From the NCBI GenBank assembly GCA_051362555.1, contig CM120640.1, positions 33,561,967 through 33,625,966 on the forward strand: a DNA stretch of 64,000 nt, read 5' to 3'. Shown piece by piece: positions 63,683 through 64,000 of the stretch. This stretch comes from Lingula anatina. Its lineage: Eukaryota; Animalia; Brachiopoda. The notes beneath the pieces are model-generated. The model was given only the letters and a program-made list of their open reading frames with translations, had not been told where the DNA came from and ran no database searches. A program made the translations under genes and the position numbers. Numbering within the stretch: position 1 is the stretch's first letter; each line of letters begins with the position of its first letter.

Positions 63683-64000
63683 GAAAAGGTGTGAGAATCT
63701 GCGTGAGGTGGGACTTGGTTTCTTTATGTAAATTGTTTTTTAAAAGGAGTCAGTTCGGGTGGTTGGCGATGCAGTTCCAAATAGTATTGTTTTCACTTAC
63801 GTTCATAAAAAAAGCCCAATATAACCACTCTGCATCTCTACCATCTAAAAAGCGACCCATATTTAGGAGAATTAGAAATTTCTATAAGGAGAGATTGAGT
63901 ACAGGCCAAGATACCATTCTAAACAGGAATAATCGAGACATCGGCGATGGCACAGTGATAAGGACGTCGGGTTCCCAAACCAAATGTGTCGGGTTCAATG
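63232..64000 (-). mobile_element. Dispersed composite repeat, copy 2 (inverted relative to 38070-39108; runs off the window). Includes a CAGGGGCGGATCC-type MITE at 63232-63421
   Basis: Reverse-complement similarity to copy 1. MITE ends cagtgacggatt / ggatccgcccctg with an internal GC hairpin ggggtcaggggggtcctgacccc. Confidence 0.85.

Overview
AT-rich eukaryotic (invertebrate metazoan, probably lophotrochozoan/mollusc-like; taxon is my inference) genomic DNA with GT-AG introns; no prokaryotic operons, CRISPR arrays or rRNA. Hand-spliced gene models: terminal exon of an unknown acidic/Ser-rich protein (+), a single-coding-exon LRR-Ig transmembrane receptor (-), a 2-exon CD225/dispanin (+), a 4-exon CFAP141 not recovered by the ORF track (+), a 14-exon ERMP1 (-), a 9-exon ZRANB2 (+) head-to-head with ERMP1 around a perfect TCTCGCGAGA (CGCG/BANP-type) element, and a 5-coding-exon LRRC42 (-). 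Upstream of LRRC42 is a cluster of non-autonomous DNA transposons with TIRs and intact TSDs plus a LINE 3' fragment. A ~1 kb composite repeat carrying tRNA-like modules occurs twice in inverted orientation. About 20 kb (4.8-24.9 kb) has no supportable coding sequence but is CpG-retaining and rich in CAGGTG E-boxes. I did not find a clearly novel multi-gene system; the best leads are regulatory and repeat-level.
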